The position numbers and the translations under genes were made by a program. A DNA stretch of 64,000 bases from Candidatus Multivoradales bacterium (GTDB taxonomy: Bacteria; Acidobacteriota; Thermoanaerobaculia; Multivoradales; J023). This document shows, piece after piece, positions 1 to 9,949 of this stretch (its first letter is position 1; the number at the start of each line of letters is the position of its first letter). The DNA is taken from positions 4,448,001-4,512,000 of the forward strand of contig CBDFLE010000006.1 of the NCBI GenBank assembly GCA_965248925.1, read 5' to 3'. The notes beneath the pieces are model-generated. The model was not told where the DNA came from. It saw nothing but the letters and a program-made list of their open reading frames with translations, and ran no database searches.

Positions 1-257
1 TCGTTCGGTTCGAGCATCCCGTCCTCGACCATGAGTTGCGGTGAGATCAGCAGCGGGTTGCCAGCGAAAGCAGAGAGGGCGCCGTAAGGCGAGATCTGTT
101 CCGGTGGATTGAGTGGCAACACTTGCCAGATGCCGGCGCCAGCGTTGCTGGCCCAGTCGATGAACGAGTGCGCCTCGGGTCCTAGGTCGCCGACCGCAAA
201 AGGGCCGGGGAGGGAGGTTGGGTGGAGGAGGATTCCGCAGTCGCGAGAGGTGCTCAT
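1..257 (-). CDS. malQ: 4-alpha-glucanotransferase (amylomaltase), 5' part; runs off window
   Basis: Not in ORF track. Hand translation from ATG 257: MSTSRDCGILLHPTSLPGPFAVGDLGPEAHSFIDW...WQVLPL...SPYGALSAFAGNPLLIS, the typical GH77 N-terminus. Confidence 0.9.
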   Translation of the reverse strand, partial: MSTSRDCGILLHPTSLPGPFAVGDLGPEAHSFIDWASNAGAGIWQVLPLNPPEQISPYGALSAFAGNPLLISPQLMVEDGMLEPN

Positions 258-370
258 GGCGCAGCGCAGCCTACCAAGCAAACCTCGGTTCGGCGCGGTG
301 GGCGGCGGCTGTAGTCGTCGCGGCGCTTATTGGGAAGTTGCTCTTGACGGTGGCGGACGGTTCGAGGACC

Positions 371-2101
371 ATGAACCCAGCGCTGCCGAGACCCGCGGCA
401 GACCCTCAGACGACTAGGCCACCAGACCAAGATTTCGAGTTGAACAACGTGATGGGCTCAGTGAACCCTCAGTCTCCAACTCCGTTGCATCCAGAGCCAC
501 AGCATCCAAAGCTGCTGCGTGCAGGCGTAGATATCGGTGGCACCAAGATCGCCGCCGGTTTGCTCGATGGCCAGCGCCGGCTGGTCGCGGAGGCGCGCCT
601 GGCGACGCCGCCGCGGGGCGAGATCGATGCTGTTTTGCAGGTGGTTCTTGACCTGCTCGACCAGCTGTTGAGCGGCGCCGGGTTGGGGCCGGCAAATTTG
701 GCTGCCATTGGATTGGGTTTTCCTGGTGACTTCGACCCCCTTGACGAGAAAGTCAAGACCGCCGCCAACGTGCCGGGCTTCATCGGCCACCATCCGGCTG
801 CGTTGTTGCAACGAGCGATTGAAGAGCGTTTCGGGGTTTCGCCGCCGGTGTCGATCGACAATGATGCTGCCGCCGCAGCGGTCGCCGAAGCTATCTGCGG
901 CGCCGGGCGTGGTTTTGGCCGGCAACTCTATCTCACCGTTTCGACTGGGCTTGGCGGCGCGCGTTACGGTGGCCACGACGCCGCCGGCAGTGAAATACAC
1001 AGCGCTCGGAATATCGAGCCCGGTCTATACCTTTACCCCGACCCGAGCCAAGCCGATCGGCGGTTGATCGATCTGTGCAGCGGGGTAGGCCTGGCTGCGA
1101 TCGCTCAGCACAGCCTGTTACGCCTCCTGCGGCAGGAGGGCGAGGCCGGGTTGGCTCGCTTGACCCGAGTGCTGGACCTGGCACGGGCCGAAGGGGAGTC
1201 GGTCAGCGAGCAGATCAGTAGCCTGAGTGCCGCTCACCTGGGAAGGGCGGCGATTGCTGGGGAGGTTTTCGCGCGGCGACTGTTCGAGCGGGCGGCCCAT
1301 CATTTGGCCCAGGGCTTGGCGCAGTTGTTGGCGCAGGGCGAGGGAGAAGAATGCCTGGTGATCGGTGGTTCGATCGCCCTCGCGGTGCCGGGGTTCCTCG
1401 ATCACGTTCGCCGCGACTTGGCGGAGATCCGTGATCGTGACGATGCTTCACCGGCGCTGCGGGCCTTTGATGTTGGCTCACGGCTGCGTGCCGCTCAGCT
1501 CGGTCAGCACAGTGGGGTGGTCGGCGCCGCGCTGTTGACCGAGACCGGCCGGGTTTACCGGCCACTGCTGCCAGCAGAGGTGTTGGTGATCGGTGCTTCG
1601 GGCTGCTTGGGCAGCGTGGTGCTGCAGCAGCTCAGCGACCGATACTACAGCCTGGGTACCTATCGCAGCCGGCCTGGTCTGGGCTTGGCCAGGCTTGATT
1701 TGCATCAGGCTGGCGCAGCCGTATCCTGCCTGGAGCGTGCCCGGCCGCGGATCGTGGTGCACTGTGTCGCACCGCTCGATGTCGCCAGCTACCGGCGGCG
1801 ACCCGGCCGGCTCGAAGAGTTGTTGATCGAAGGCAATCGGCAGCTCGCCATGGCTTGTAAGCGACTGGATGCTCGTTTGGTGTGGCTGGTGCCGGCGGTA
1901 GGGTCCGACAGCCCTTTTGCCGATTTGCTGGCCGCCGCAGAGGCGGCTCTGCAAGTCCAGCGGCCGCTGATCGTGCGCTGGCTACCGGCGGTGCCACCCG
2001 CCTCAGTCGCCGCCGCCGTCGGTAAGCTGCTGGCAACGGATGCCACCGGTGTCTGGTGCTGTGGGCCAGACGCCGGCCTCGTGCAGCAGGGCTGCTCTTA
2101 G
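371..2101 (+). CDS. ROK family sugar kinase fused to a C-terminal RmlD/NAD-epimerase-like Rossmann domain
   Basis: GVDIGGTKI, IDNDAAAAAVAE, TVSTGLGG, GVVGAALL ROK motifs, then VLVIGASGCLG (GxxGxxG). Start uncertain; ORF-track start 218 overlaps malQ. Confidence 0.75.
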   Translation: MNPALPRPAADPQTTRPPDQDFELNNVMGSVNPQSPTPLHPEPQHPKLLRAGVDIGGTKIAAGLLDGQRRLVAEARLATPPRGEIDAVLQVVLDLLDQLLSGAGLGPANLAAIGLGFPGDFDPLDEKVKTAANVPGFIGHHPAALLQRAIEERFGVSPPVSIDNDAAAAAVAEAICGAGRGFGRQLYLTVSTGLGGARYGGHDAAGSEIHSARNIEPGLYLYPDPSQADRRLIDLCSGVGLAAIAQHSLLRLLRQEGEAGLARLTRVLDLARAEGESVSEQISSLSAAHLGRAAIAGEVFARRLFERAAHHLAQGLAQLLAQGEGEECLVIGGSIALAVPGFLDHVRRDLAEIRDRDDASPALRAFDVGSRLRAAQLGQHSGVVGAALLTETGRVYRPLLPAEVLVIGASGCLGSVVLQQLSDRYYSLGTYRSRPGLGLARLDLHQAGAAVSCLERARPRIVVHCVAPLDVASYRRRPGRLEELLIEGNRQLAMACKRLDARLVWLVPAVGSDSPFADLLAAAEAALQVQRPLIVRWLPAVPPASVAAAVGKLLATDATGVWCCGPDAGLVQQGCS

Positions 2102-3243
2102 TCGGCGGCGCGGATGACGACGTAAAAGCCGCTGGTGGAGAGGCTCTCGAAGTCGGGCTCGAAGCCACTCGGCCAGGAGCGGCAACGTTCCGGCAGGTCG
2201 GTTTTCTGCGCCAGGATATCGAAATCGTCGAAGCTGCAACCACGCAGCCAATCTTCGAGAGTAGCGCGGGTGAAGAAGCGAAAGTGGGTGTAGCACAGCA
2301 GCCCCATCGGCAGATAGTCCCAGCGTCCAGCAGCCAGATCTTCGACAATCGAGTAGTGGCCGACGTTGGGCACCGACAGCACGATCGACCCTCCCGGTCG
2401 CAACCAGCCGGCGGCGCGGCGCAGGAACTTCTCCCCTTCGGTCAAATGCTCGAATAGTTCGAGGGCGAGGACAACGTCGAACTGCTGGTCGGGTTCGAGC
2501 TGTTGGATATCGCCGATCAGCAACCGTTCGAGGTGGGCGCTGGCCTCTTCGGCGATTTCCGGGTTGAGCTCGACACCGGTGACCCGACAGCTGAGTTGCT
2601 CGCGGAGCAGCCGGGCGGTGCCGCCGCGGGCGCAACCGATCTCGAGGACGGAGCTGCCTTGGGCGATCAGCGGCAGGATGTCTTCGCGAGCTTCGCCGTA
2701 GTAGTCGACAAAGTGGTGGAATAGACCTGCCCGCGCGAGATTTTCGGGCAGGGGAGCTAGCGGCTCAATCAACACTCTTGCGAGATCACCCGCGGCGAAC
2801 CAGTGAGTGAAACTCTGGCGCTGCCACAGCGAGACCGGCAGCTGGCTAGTGGGCTCTTCGCCGAGCGCCACTTTGCCACCGCTGAGCAGATGTTGCTCGG
2901 CCTGTTCGTAGCCGCGCAGAGTAAACAAGGGGAAGCGCTGCGGCAGGTCGGTGCGATCGAGGCGGTGAGCCACCACTACTGCCTGGCCGGCAAGTTGCTG
3001 CTGCATCGAGGCCAGCGAATGACGGCCGATCAGGATGCCGCCTCTGCCGATCAGTAGCAGATGGTCTTCCTCGCCGTCGAAGTCGGTAGCCAGGAGCGGC
3101 GTGTCTTCGTCCACCGTCAGCAAGCGGACCTTGGCGAACACCTGTCGCGCTTGGGCCACCAGCCAGCTGAGCAGGTATTCGAGTTCCGGCGAAGCACGGT
3201 CTTCCCGCGGGTGGAGCTTGAGCAGCAGTAGGGAATCTTCCAT
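2098..3243 (-). CDS. Class I SAM-dependent methyltransferase with degenerate N-terminal domain
   Basis: VLEIGCARGG motif I, FDVVLALELFEHL, LRPGGSIVLSVPN; likely start at MEDSLL. Confidence 0.8.
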   Translation of the reverse strand: MEDSLLLLKLHPREDRASPELEYLLSWLVAQARQVFAKVRLLTVDEDTPLLATDFDGEEDHLLLIGRGGILIGRHSLASMQQQLAGQAVVVAHRLDRTDLPQRFPLFTLRGYEQAEQHLLSGGKVALGEEPTSQLPVSLWQRQSFTHWFAAGDLARVLIEPLAPLPENLARAGLFHHFVDYYGEAREDILPLIAQGSSVLEIGCARGGTARLLREQLSCRVTGVELNPEIAEEASAHLERLLIGDIQQLEPDQQFDVVLALELFEHLTEGEKFLRRAAGWLRPGGSIVLSVPNVGHYSIVEDLAAGRWDYLPMGLLCYTHFRFFTRATLEDWLRGCSFDDFDILAQKTDLPERCRSWPSGFEPDFESLSTSGFYVVIRAAD

Positions 3244-3351
3244 GCTGGGCGAGATCTTATCCCGAGTGCCGAGCGAATTAGACAGCCGTCCCTCAGCAGC
3301 TCTTCCGGTGAAGACCATTCTCGGCGAGAATCAGGGCTGAAGGAGAAACCA

Positions 3352-5448
3352 ATGTTGGAGTTGAAAAAGATGACGTTACTACCCTCGAAGCACGACTGGA
3401 TGGGCTTTGTCGCGGGTTGCCTAGCGCTGGCTGTAATCGCCGGCTGCGCTAACCAGACGACAGTGGAGGCGCCACCATTCGCTGAGATTGAAGATCAGCG
3501 GCAGATGGATTCTCCGCGGTTGGCTCTCGCTCTGACTGCGGCTGACCCAGTTTGGCGGCGGCGCGCGGCGGTGGTGGTGGGCAGGCTTCAGGATCCGACC
3601 CTGGCTGCCGGCCTGGCGGCGGCGGCGTTGGCAGAGGGCGATGATGAGGTCCTGCTAGCCCAGCTCTTTGCTCTCGGTCAGCTCGGATTGGCGCGGGGTG
3701 CAGAGCCACTGCCGGTGGCGGTCGCAGCTTGTTCCACTCGGCTCGCTGCTGAGCAACCGCGGGTGGTGGCGGCAGCGGTGGAAGCTCTGGGCAAGCTGGC
3801 ACCCGAGGGCGCGGCCGATCAGCTACTGCCGTTCTTGGACCATGCGGCGGTTGCTGTGCGGGTGGAAGTCGCCCATGCGCTGATGCGCCAACGTTTCGTA
3901 CCTGTCTGGCGGCGCCAGACCACGGCTCCTCCACCCTTGCCCGCCGCCGCAGTCGAGGGCCTGGCGGCGGCGCTCGATGATCCTTCGGCCGAAGTCCGCT
4001 TCGCCGCGGCTCACGCCCTGGCGCGCTATGGCGAGGCAGCGGCCGCCCCTGCTTTGGCGGCGGCTTTAGGTGATGTCGACGAGCGGGTTCGACTGTTCGC
4101 AGTCCGCGGTTTAGGGCGCACCGGTGAGCACGATCAAGCCGCCGCCCTTGGCACTGTATTGGCTGACTCAAGCGTCGCGGTACGCCGCGAAGCAGTCGTT
4201 GCATCAGCGCTTTTGGCGGCTTTCGGCGGCTTGGGTTCCTTACGCTACGACCCGGCGGTTCAAGTGCGGGTAGAACTCGCCCAGGCGTTGGGTCAGGGGA
4301 GTGCGGCGGCGCAGCTGGCGATCCTACGAGAGCTTGAGCAGGATGGGTCCGAGAGTGTCCAGCGGGCGGCGATCGTCAGCCTGGCGCGGCGCCTGGGAAG
4401 CGCTTACAGTAGTGACCTCCGCGGCCACCTCGGCAGCGACAGCGGATTGCACCGGGTGGCTGCGGCTCGCGCTCTGCAATTTGCCAGCGCTGCGGAAAGT
4501 GAAGACCAGGCGCTTGCCGGCTTGGAAATCGCTCTCGGTGATTCTGACCCGCGGGTGCAAGCGGCGGCGGTGGAGTCGGCGGCGGTGATCGACGGCAGTG
4601 GGCGGTGGCTTGAATGGGCGCTGGCGGCCGACGATCTGGCGGTTCGCGGCACCGCTGTCAATGCACTCGGCTCGCCGACTCTGGCCTCGGCTCTGCTCGA
4701 GCGGCGCGTCAAGTTGCTGGAGCAGGCCTATGAGGGATCCGTGGGCGAGGCGTGGGTTGAGGTCCGCGAATTGATTGTCGATACGTTGAGCGCCGTGGTC
4801 GCGAGCGTGGTGCCTAAAGAAGGGGTACCTGAAGAGCTGGCGTCTAGTGAGACTGCGGGATCGGAAAGCGAGGCGTTGTTGCGTCGCCTGGCCGCCGAGG
4901 ACCCGTCGGCCTCGGTGCGGCTCGCGGCGACCGTTGCGCTGCGGGGGTTGGGGGCCGAGGTAGAGCCGTCCTCGCCGCCGAGGATCGATCCGTCGCCATT
5001 TCTCGGCACTGAATTTGGCGCTTCCTCACCCGTGGTGGTGCTCGAGACCAGCCGGGGCGAGATCGAGATCAGCACCTTGCCGCAAGTGGCTCCGATTCAC
5101 GTCGCCAACTTCTTGGATTTGGTGGAGAAGGGCTACTACGATGGTCTGTTGTGGCATCGGGTGGCGCCCAACTTCGTCATTCAAGGTGGCGACCCACGGG
5201 GTGACGGTTGGGGTGGACCAGGCTATTCGCTGCGCGACGAGATCAGCCGTGAGCGCTTTACCCGCGGCACGGTGGGCATGCCCAAAGCGGGCAAGGACAC
5301 GGGCGGCGGCCAGATCTTCATCACCCATCTGCCGACTCCCCACCTCGACGGCAACTACACGGTCTTCGGTCGTGTGAGCCGGGGTATGGAGGTCGTCGAT
5401 CGAATCGAAGTGGGCGACGCTATTGTCCGCGCGCGGGTGGTGCGATAG
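3352..5448 (+). CDS. HEAT-repeat lipoprotein with C-terminal cyclophilin-type peptidyl-prolyl isomerase
   Basis: Lipobox-like IAGC, repeated D..VR.AAA.AL HEAT units, cyclophilin motifs HRVAPNFVIQGGDP and HLDGNYTVFGRV. Confidence 0.9.
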   Translation: MLELKKMTLLPSKHDWMGFVAGCLALAVIAGCANQTTVEAPPFAEIEDQRQMDSPRLALALTAADPVWRRRAAVVVGRLQDPTLAAGLAAAALAEGDDEVLLAQLFALGQLGLARGAEPLPVAVAACSTRLAAEQPRVVAAAVEALGKLAPEGAADQLLPFLDHAAVAVRVEVAHALMRQRFVPVWRRQTTAPPPLPAAAVEGLAAALDDPSAEVRFAAAHALARYGEAAAAPALAAALGDVDERVRLFAVRGLGRTGEHDQAAALGTVLADSSVAVRREAVVASALLAAFGGLGSLRYDPAVQVRVELAQALGQGSAAAQLAILRELEQDGSESVQRAAIVSLARRLGSAYSSDLRGHLGSDSGLHRVAAARALQFASAAESEDQALAGLEIALGDSDPRVQAAAVESAAVIDGSGRWLEWALAADDLAVRGTAVNALGSPTLASALLERRVKLLEQAYEGSVGEAWVEVRELIVDTLSAVVASVVPKEGVPEELASSETAGSESEALLRRLAAEDPSASVRLAATVALRGLGAEVEPSSPPRIDPSPFLGTEFGASSPVVVLETSRGEIEISTLPQVAPIHVANFLDLVEKGYYDGLLWHRVAPNFVIQGGDPRGDGWGGPGYSLRDEISRERFTRGTVGMPKAGKDTGGGQIFITHLPTPHLDGNYTVFGRVSRGMEVVDRIEVGDAIVRARVVR

Positions 5449-5469
5449 CCCGTCGCGGCTTGGCGGTAC

Positions 5470-5955
5470 TTAGGAAATTGCACCTTCTTTTCCTAGAAAG
5501 CGCCGCAAGGTGCCGGTTTGGCCGACATGGTAGGCGTCGTGAAAAATCAGGCTGGCGAGCAGTGAGATAACCTTCTCGTCCGGGTCCCCGACGACGCTGA
5601 AGGGGGCGGGAGCGACCAATGCTTCCGGACTGATCGATTGCAAGCCGGCGACCATGCGTCGTTGGGCAGTTTCGAAGTCGGCTTGGATCTTGGCGAAGGA
5701 GAGGGCGTCTTCGCTTGAGGTGATGGGCTCGGAGCCGCCGGCATAGCGCTCCTCCTCGGTCTCCCCCCAGACTTTTTCCTGTCCCAGAATGCCGAGGATG
5801 ACATCGCGCGAGGCAACCATATGTCCGGCCACCCAGTTGAGGCAGTTACCACTCTCCTGGGGCTGCCGCAGGCTTTCTTCCTGATTGATTCCCTCGGTGT
5901 TTCTGGTGAAGCTGACGTGAATGAGAGCCAGCTGACGTAGCAGATGATCGACCAC
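5470..5955 (-). CDS. DinB/DinB_2 family protein
   Basis: GNCLNWVAGHM and FHDAYHVGQ His motifs. Confidence 0.8.
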   Translation of the reverse strand: MVDHLLRQLALIHVSFTRNTEGINQEESLRQPQESGNCLNWVAGHMVASRDVILGILGQEKVWGETEEERYAGGSEPITSSEDALSFAKIQADFETAQRRMVAGLQSISPEALVAPAPFSVVGDPDEKVISLLASLIFHDAYHVGQTGTLRRFLGKEGAIS

Positions 5956-6176
5956 GGTGTCCTCCGCGAGAGCGAGTTCGAGCCCTTAGGGGGCAAATTG
6001 TATTGATTTGCTGATAATAGCCGACAGCAGATGTGGAGGGGAGGAATACCGATAGCGACCGATAGCGGCTGCCGAAGAGAGGTAGGCGCTGTTTGAAAGG
6101 GCCCGAAAAGGTGCTGTAGTAAGATCGCAACAGCTTCGCTCGCTGCGAGTCGGAGCTGAATGTCGAGGTTGATACA

Positions 6177-7007
6177 GTGAGTCCATCTGCTCTGTCGGTC
6201 ATTCTCAGCACCTACAACCAGCCAGCGCAGCTCGAGAGGGTGCTGGGGGGTTACTCTCGCCAGAGTTTCCGTTCTTTCGAAGTGGTTGTTGCCGACGACG
6301 GATCTGGCCCGCAAACCACCGAGCTGATCGAACGGCTGGCTGGTGAACTCGACTTCAAGCTGCGGCAGGTGTGGCACGAGGACGATGGTTTTCGCAAATG
6401 CGCCATCCTCAACCGGGCGATCGAGGCCAGCCGCCATCCCTACCTGCTGTTCAGCGATGGCGACTGTATTCCCCGCGATGATTTCCTGGCTCTTCACATG
6501 CGCTTGCGGCAGCCGGGCTGTTTCCTGTCGGGGGGCTACTTCAAGCTGTCGCGAGAGGTTAGCGAGGCGCTCGCCCTGGACGATGTTCTGGCCGGTCGAG
6601 CCACGGATTTGACCTTCCTGCGCGGCCTGGGTCTAGGTCGAAGCTGGCGTTCGCGCAGACTAAGCTTGGCGCCCTGGCAAGCGCGGCTGCTCGACCGTCT
6701 GACCCCCACCAAAGCGACCTGGAATGGCCATAACGCCTCTGGTTGGCGCAGCGATATCGAACGGGCTGGGGGGTTCGACGAACGCATGCGTTACGGCGGT
6801 GAAGATCGCGAGCTGGGTGAGCGAATGGTCAATGCCGGCCTGCGGCCGATGCAGATTCGTCATCGGGCGATCTGCGTGCATCTGTGGCACGAACGGGGTT
6901 ATGTGCGGCAGGAGCACTTGCAGGCCAATCGCGAGATTCGTCGTCGGACGGTGAGCGAAGGAGTGCGGGTTACCCGCCACGGCATGGCGGTTCCCGGTTC
7001 CGAGTGA
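6177..7007 (+). CDS. Glycosyltransferase family 2
   Basis: SVILSTYN, VVVADDGS, FSDGDC, GGFDERMRYGGED, HLWH. Confidence 0.9.
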   Translation: MSPSALSVILSTYNQPAQLERVLGGYSRQSFRSFEVVVADDGSGPQTTELIERLAGELDFKLRQVWHEDDGFRKCAILNRAIEASRHPYLLFSDGDCIPRDDFLALHMRLRQPGCFLSGGYFKLSREVSEALALDDVLAGRATDLTFLRGLGLGRSWRSRRLSLAPWQARLLDRLTPTKATWNGHNASGWRSDIERAGGFDERMRYGGEDRELGERMVNAGLRPMQIRHRAICVHLWHERGYVRQEHLQANREIRRRTVSEGVRVTRHGMAVPGSE

Positions 7008-7109
7008 GCTTCTGGTCATCAAGGATAGACGAATTCTATAATCAAGCTCCCCCATCCTCGTGTGGCGGCGATCTGAGTTCGCCGCGCCGCGCCTAGTTCT
7101 GGTGCCCTG

Positions 7110-8540
7110 CTAGGGCTGCTGGCAAACGTCTATATTGGGTGAGAAGCCGAATTGCGCGCCGATGTCGAAGACACAGACCAAGCCGTCCAGGCATTCCCCT
7201 GCGTCGCAGTCGCCCTCGCCGATAGCGCACGGGCCGCAGTCAGTGCAGAAGCGAGGATGACCGGCTGGCCAAGGGCAATCGCGCTCGATTTCGACCTCTT
7301 GGCAGACATCGATATTGGGTGAGAAGCCGAATTGGGCGCCGATGTTGTTGGCGCAGAAGAGGCCGGGTCCACATTCACTATCGCCATCGCAGTCCCCTTG
7401 ACCCACGCCGCAGGGCCCGCATTCCGGATCACGGCAAAAGGCTGGGTGGCCGAGATCGAGGCGGCAACCAGGAAGTGGGGGTAAATCCTTGGGGTCGGTT
7501 GGAACTGTCGCGCGGTCGACCAAGACGAAGTGGCCCGGACCGGTGGGTTCGAAGAATATCTGCTGCGGATCCGGGAAGGTGATCAGGTTAAAGTTGCGTG
7601 CTTTATCGCCCGCCATGGTGTACATCACATTGAGTTGTAGGGGGCGGTCGGTATCCGGCATATTGCGCAACATGACCGACTCCATGGCGGTCATGGCGTT
7701 GCAGATCCACCATTCCTGAGTATTGTAGCGGCTGCTGCCGCTCTGGTTGAAATTGGTTTCGGTAATCGCCACCACTTTGCCGCGAGCCAGCGCTTTGTAG
7801 TCTTCCGCCAAGTCTCGGGCGTCGCCGGTGCGTTGGCGATAGATGTGGGCGCCGAGCACGTCCACCAGACCCAGGCCACCGGCTTCGACCATCCGCTGGG
7901 TCTCTTGGAATCCTTCCTGGTTGCCGAACCAACCGGCGGAGTAGATCCAGATGCGGTCGGCTGCCGAGCGGCTCTGATTGAGTTCATCCACCACCCTCCG
8001 GGCTACCGGCAGGTAGGCGGCGACGTACTCTTCCGGGCTCATATCGCTGAAATTGCCCGGCTCGTTCATGAATTGGATGCGCCGCACCTCCGGGTGAGTG
8101 CTGAACAGGCTGCGCAACTTGCGCTCCATGTCTTGCGGTCTCGGTTTGGAGAACGGACCGTCGTCGACGCCGTCGTCGACCAGCACCAGCAATTTGTCCG
8201 GGCCGAGAATTCTCAATACTCCGCGCAGCAGCGGGTCGTCGTTGTTGACGGTGTAGAACGAGTTGTTGCCGGCGACTGCGTTGGGGCGACCGACGGGATT
8301 GATCCGAATACCACTGAGGCCATTACGGATCAGCTCCAGGTAGGGCAGGAACTGCTCGCCGCACTGGGTGCCGCAGTTCTGCACGTTGAGCCAGAGACTC
8401 CGCGGGCCGCGGCCCTCGTTATAAGGCGTCTGGCAGGGCTGGGCGGTGAGTTGCGCTATGGGCAGCAGGAAGAGCAGGAACGACAAGACTATGGGAGAAA
8501 GATGTCGGTGGGTCATGGCTGAGCTTCCTTGGTGGTTCAT
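7110..8540 (-). CDS. Secreted clan GH-A-like glycoside hydrolase with two C-terminal Cys-rich repeats
   Basis: Signal peptide; FMNEP (acid/base) and VAITE (nucleophile) motifs; AHIY; two CGPC..G(Q/E)GDCD...C..GL.C...IGAQFGFSPNIDVCQ repeats. Confidence 0.6.
   Translation of the reverse strand: MNHQGSSAMTHRHLSPIVLSFLLFLLPIAQLTAQPCQTPYNEGRGPRSLWLNVQNCGTQCGEQFLPYLELIRNGLSGIRINPVGRPNAVAGNNSFYTVNNDDPLLRGVLRILGPDKLLVLVDDGVDDGPFSKPRPQDMERKLRSLFSTHPEVRRIQFMNEPGNFSDMSPEEYVAAYLPVARRVVDELNQSRSAADRIWIYSAGWFGNQEGFQETQRMVEAGGLGLVDVLGAHIYRQRTGDARDLAEDYKALARGKVVAITETNFNQSGSSRYNTQEWWICNAMTAMESVMLRNMPDTDRPLQLNVMYTMAGDKARNFNLITFPDPQQIFFEPTGPGHFVLVDRATVPTDPKDLPPLPGCRLDLGHPAFCRDPECGPCGVGQGDCDGDSECGPGLFCANNIGAQFGFSPNIDVCQEVEIERDCPWPAGHPRFCTDCGPCAIGEGDCDAGECLDGLVCVFDIGAQFGFSPNIDVCQQP
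7113..7465 (-). repeat. Intragenic tandem duplication (~180 bp period) encoding a Cys-rich module
   Basis: tattgggtgagaagccgaattg(c/g)gcgccgatgt at 7133 and 7313. Confidence 0.85.
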
Positions 8541-8559
8541 GAGTCGGCTGGGCGGTGAT

Positions 8560-9870
8560 TCAGCGGCGGGCGGTCAGTAAGATGCGGCCATAACCTTCGG
8601 AGTTGATCGCGCCCACATGGGCATCTAAGTTGAAGCGGCCGGCAAGCGGTCGGCGGGCGTAGAGGAAGGGACCGATCTCCTCCTCCTGGAAGCGATCGCG
8701 GCCGATTTCTTCGGCCCGCACGCCGATGCCGTACTCAAGTTCATCGCGGCGCAAGAAGACAGCCAGGCGAGCCGTTTTCTGGAAGTCGGCGGCATCGTCT
8801 TCCAGCATCATCCAGCCTCCCCATTCGCCGCCGCTGCCGCTGAGTCGCGAGACGGTCAAGCCAGCGCCGGCGGTGGAGTAGTCGTCGAGCAACTCGGAGA
8901 GGGTTTCATTTTCGCCCTCGGCATAGGTTCCGAGGCCGAAGTTCCAGTTGCCAAAACGCTGCCGGAAGTCGATCAAGACTCGGCTTCGCTCGAGTGAGGT
9001 GGGGCCTATATCGAGTTGATTGATCTGCACCTCGGCGTCGATTCGGGTGGACTCTCCCCGCAGCCGGTATTCGCCGCCGTAGCCGGTCAAATCCTCAGCC
9101 CTATCAATGCCGCGCAGCTGTTGTTCGCCGGACTTGAAGAAGGCCCGCCAACTGTGGCGCTGGCCGTCTTTGCCGATGCTGACGCCGGTGAAATCCTGCA
9201 ACCTGTTCTCGTCGATGTAGCGATCGGCCAGGGTCTCGGCGCCGACGATGCGCGAGCGGGGCAGACGCTCTAGCAGCTGGTCGGTGTCGCGGGTCATGTC
9301 GAAAGTGCCCCGGTCGGCAGCGAAGACAGTGGCGTGCCAGCCGCCGGGAAGTCGCCATTCGACTTGGCCGAAGAGTTGTTGGTCGTCTCCGCCAACGCGA
9401 AAGCCCTCGGCGGTGAGGTCGGCACTCCCGGCGGTGACCTCGGCGCTCAGCTCGCCGCCGGCAAAGTCTGAGATGGTCCAGCCGAGGCTGACCAGCCGAT
9501 CGTCGTCGCCCTGGTTGCGGTCGGTAGAACGCACCACCACTTGCAGCCGCTGACGGTCGGTGGAATAAGTCGCGGCCAGACCTAGCTGGTTGCGGTCGTC
9601 GCGAAAGGCTGGCCCGAGGTTGGCGTAGAGGCCCTGGATCAGCCAGTGCCCGCCGCGCCAGCCGACCAGCAGCCGATCCTCCTTATCGCGGACGATGTGG
9701 GAGGAGCGCTCGGCGTCGATGCTCCACACCGGTGGGGTGTTGTCTTCACCGGGTTCGGCGGCGGTGTCACCGCTTTGGGCGGCTAGGCTCGATGGTAAGG
9801 CGAGCAGCAGTATCATGGCGACGAAGCGCCGGACCTGGGTCGAGAAGGCGACGAGGGTATCTTGTTGCAT
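8560..9870 (-). CDS. Putative outer-membrane beta-barrel protein
   Basis: Signal peptide LLLALPSSLAA; alternating amphipathic beta-strand pattern throughout; start uncertain (9870 or 9816). Confidence 0.5.
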   Translation of the reverse strand: MQQDTLVAFSTQVRRFVAMILLLALPSSLAAQSGDTAAEPGEDNTPPVWSIDAERSSHIVRDKEDRLLVGWRGGHWLIQGLYANLGPAFRDDRNQLGLAATYSTDRQRLQVVVRSTDRNQGDDDRLVSLGWTISDFAGGELSAEVTAGSADLTAEGFRVGGDDQQLFGQVEWRLPGGWHATVFAADRGTFDMTRDTDQLLERLPRSRIVGAETLADRYIDENRLQDFTGVSIGKDGQRHSWRAFFKSGEQQLRGIDRAEDLTGYGGEYRLRGESTRIDAEVQINQLDIGPTSLERSRVLIDFRQRFGNWNFGLGTYAEGENETLSELLDDYSTAGAGLTVSRLSGSGGEWGGWMMLEDDAADFQKTARLAVFLRRDELEYGIGVRAEEIGRDRFQEEEIGPFLYARRPLAGRFNLDAHVGAINSEGYGRILLTARR

Positions 9871-9949
9871 GGATTCCGAAATGTACCTCTGCCTGACGGT
9901 CAATGATGAAGAGCTTCTAACTTCGGTCTGTTTTACCCAGAGCTGTTGC

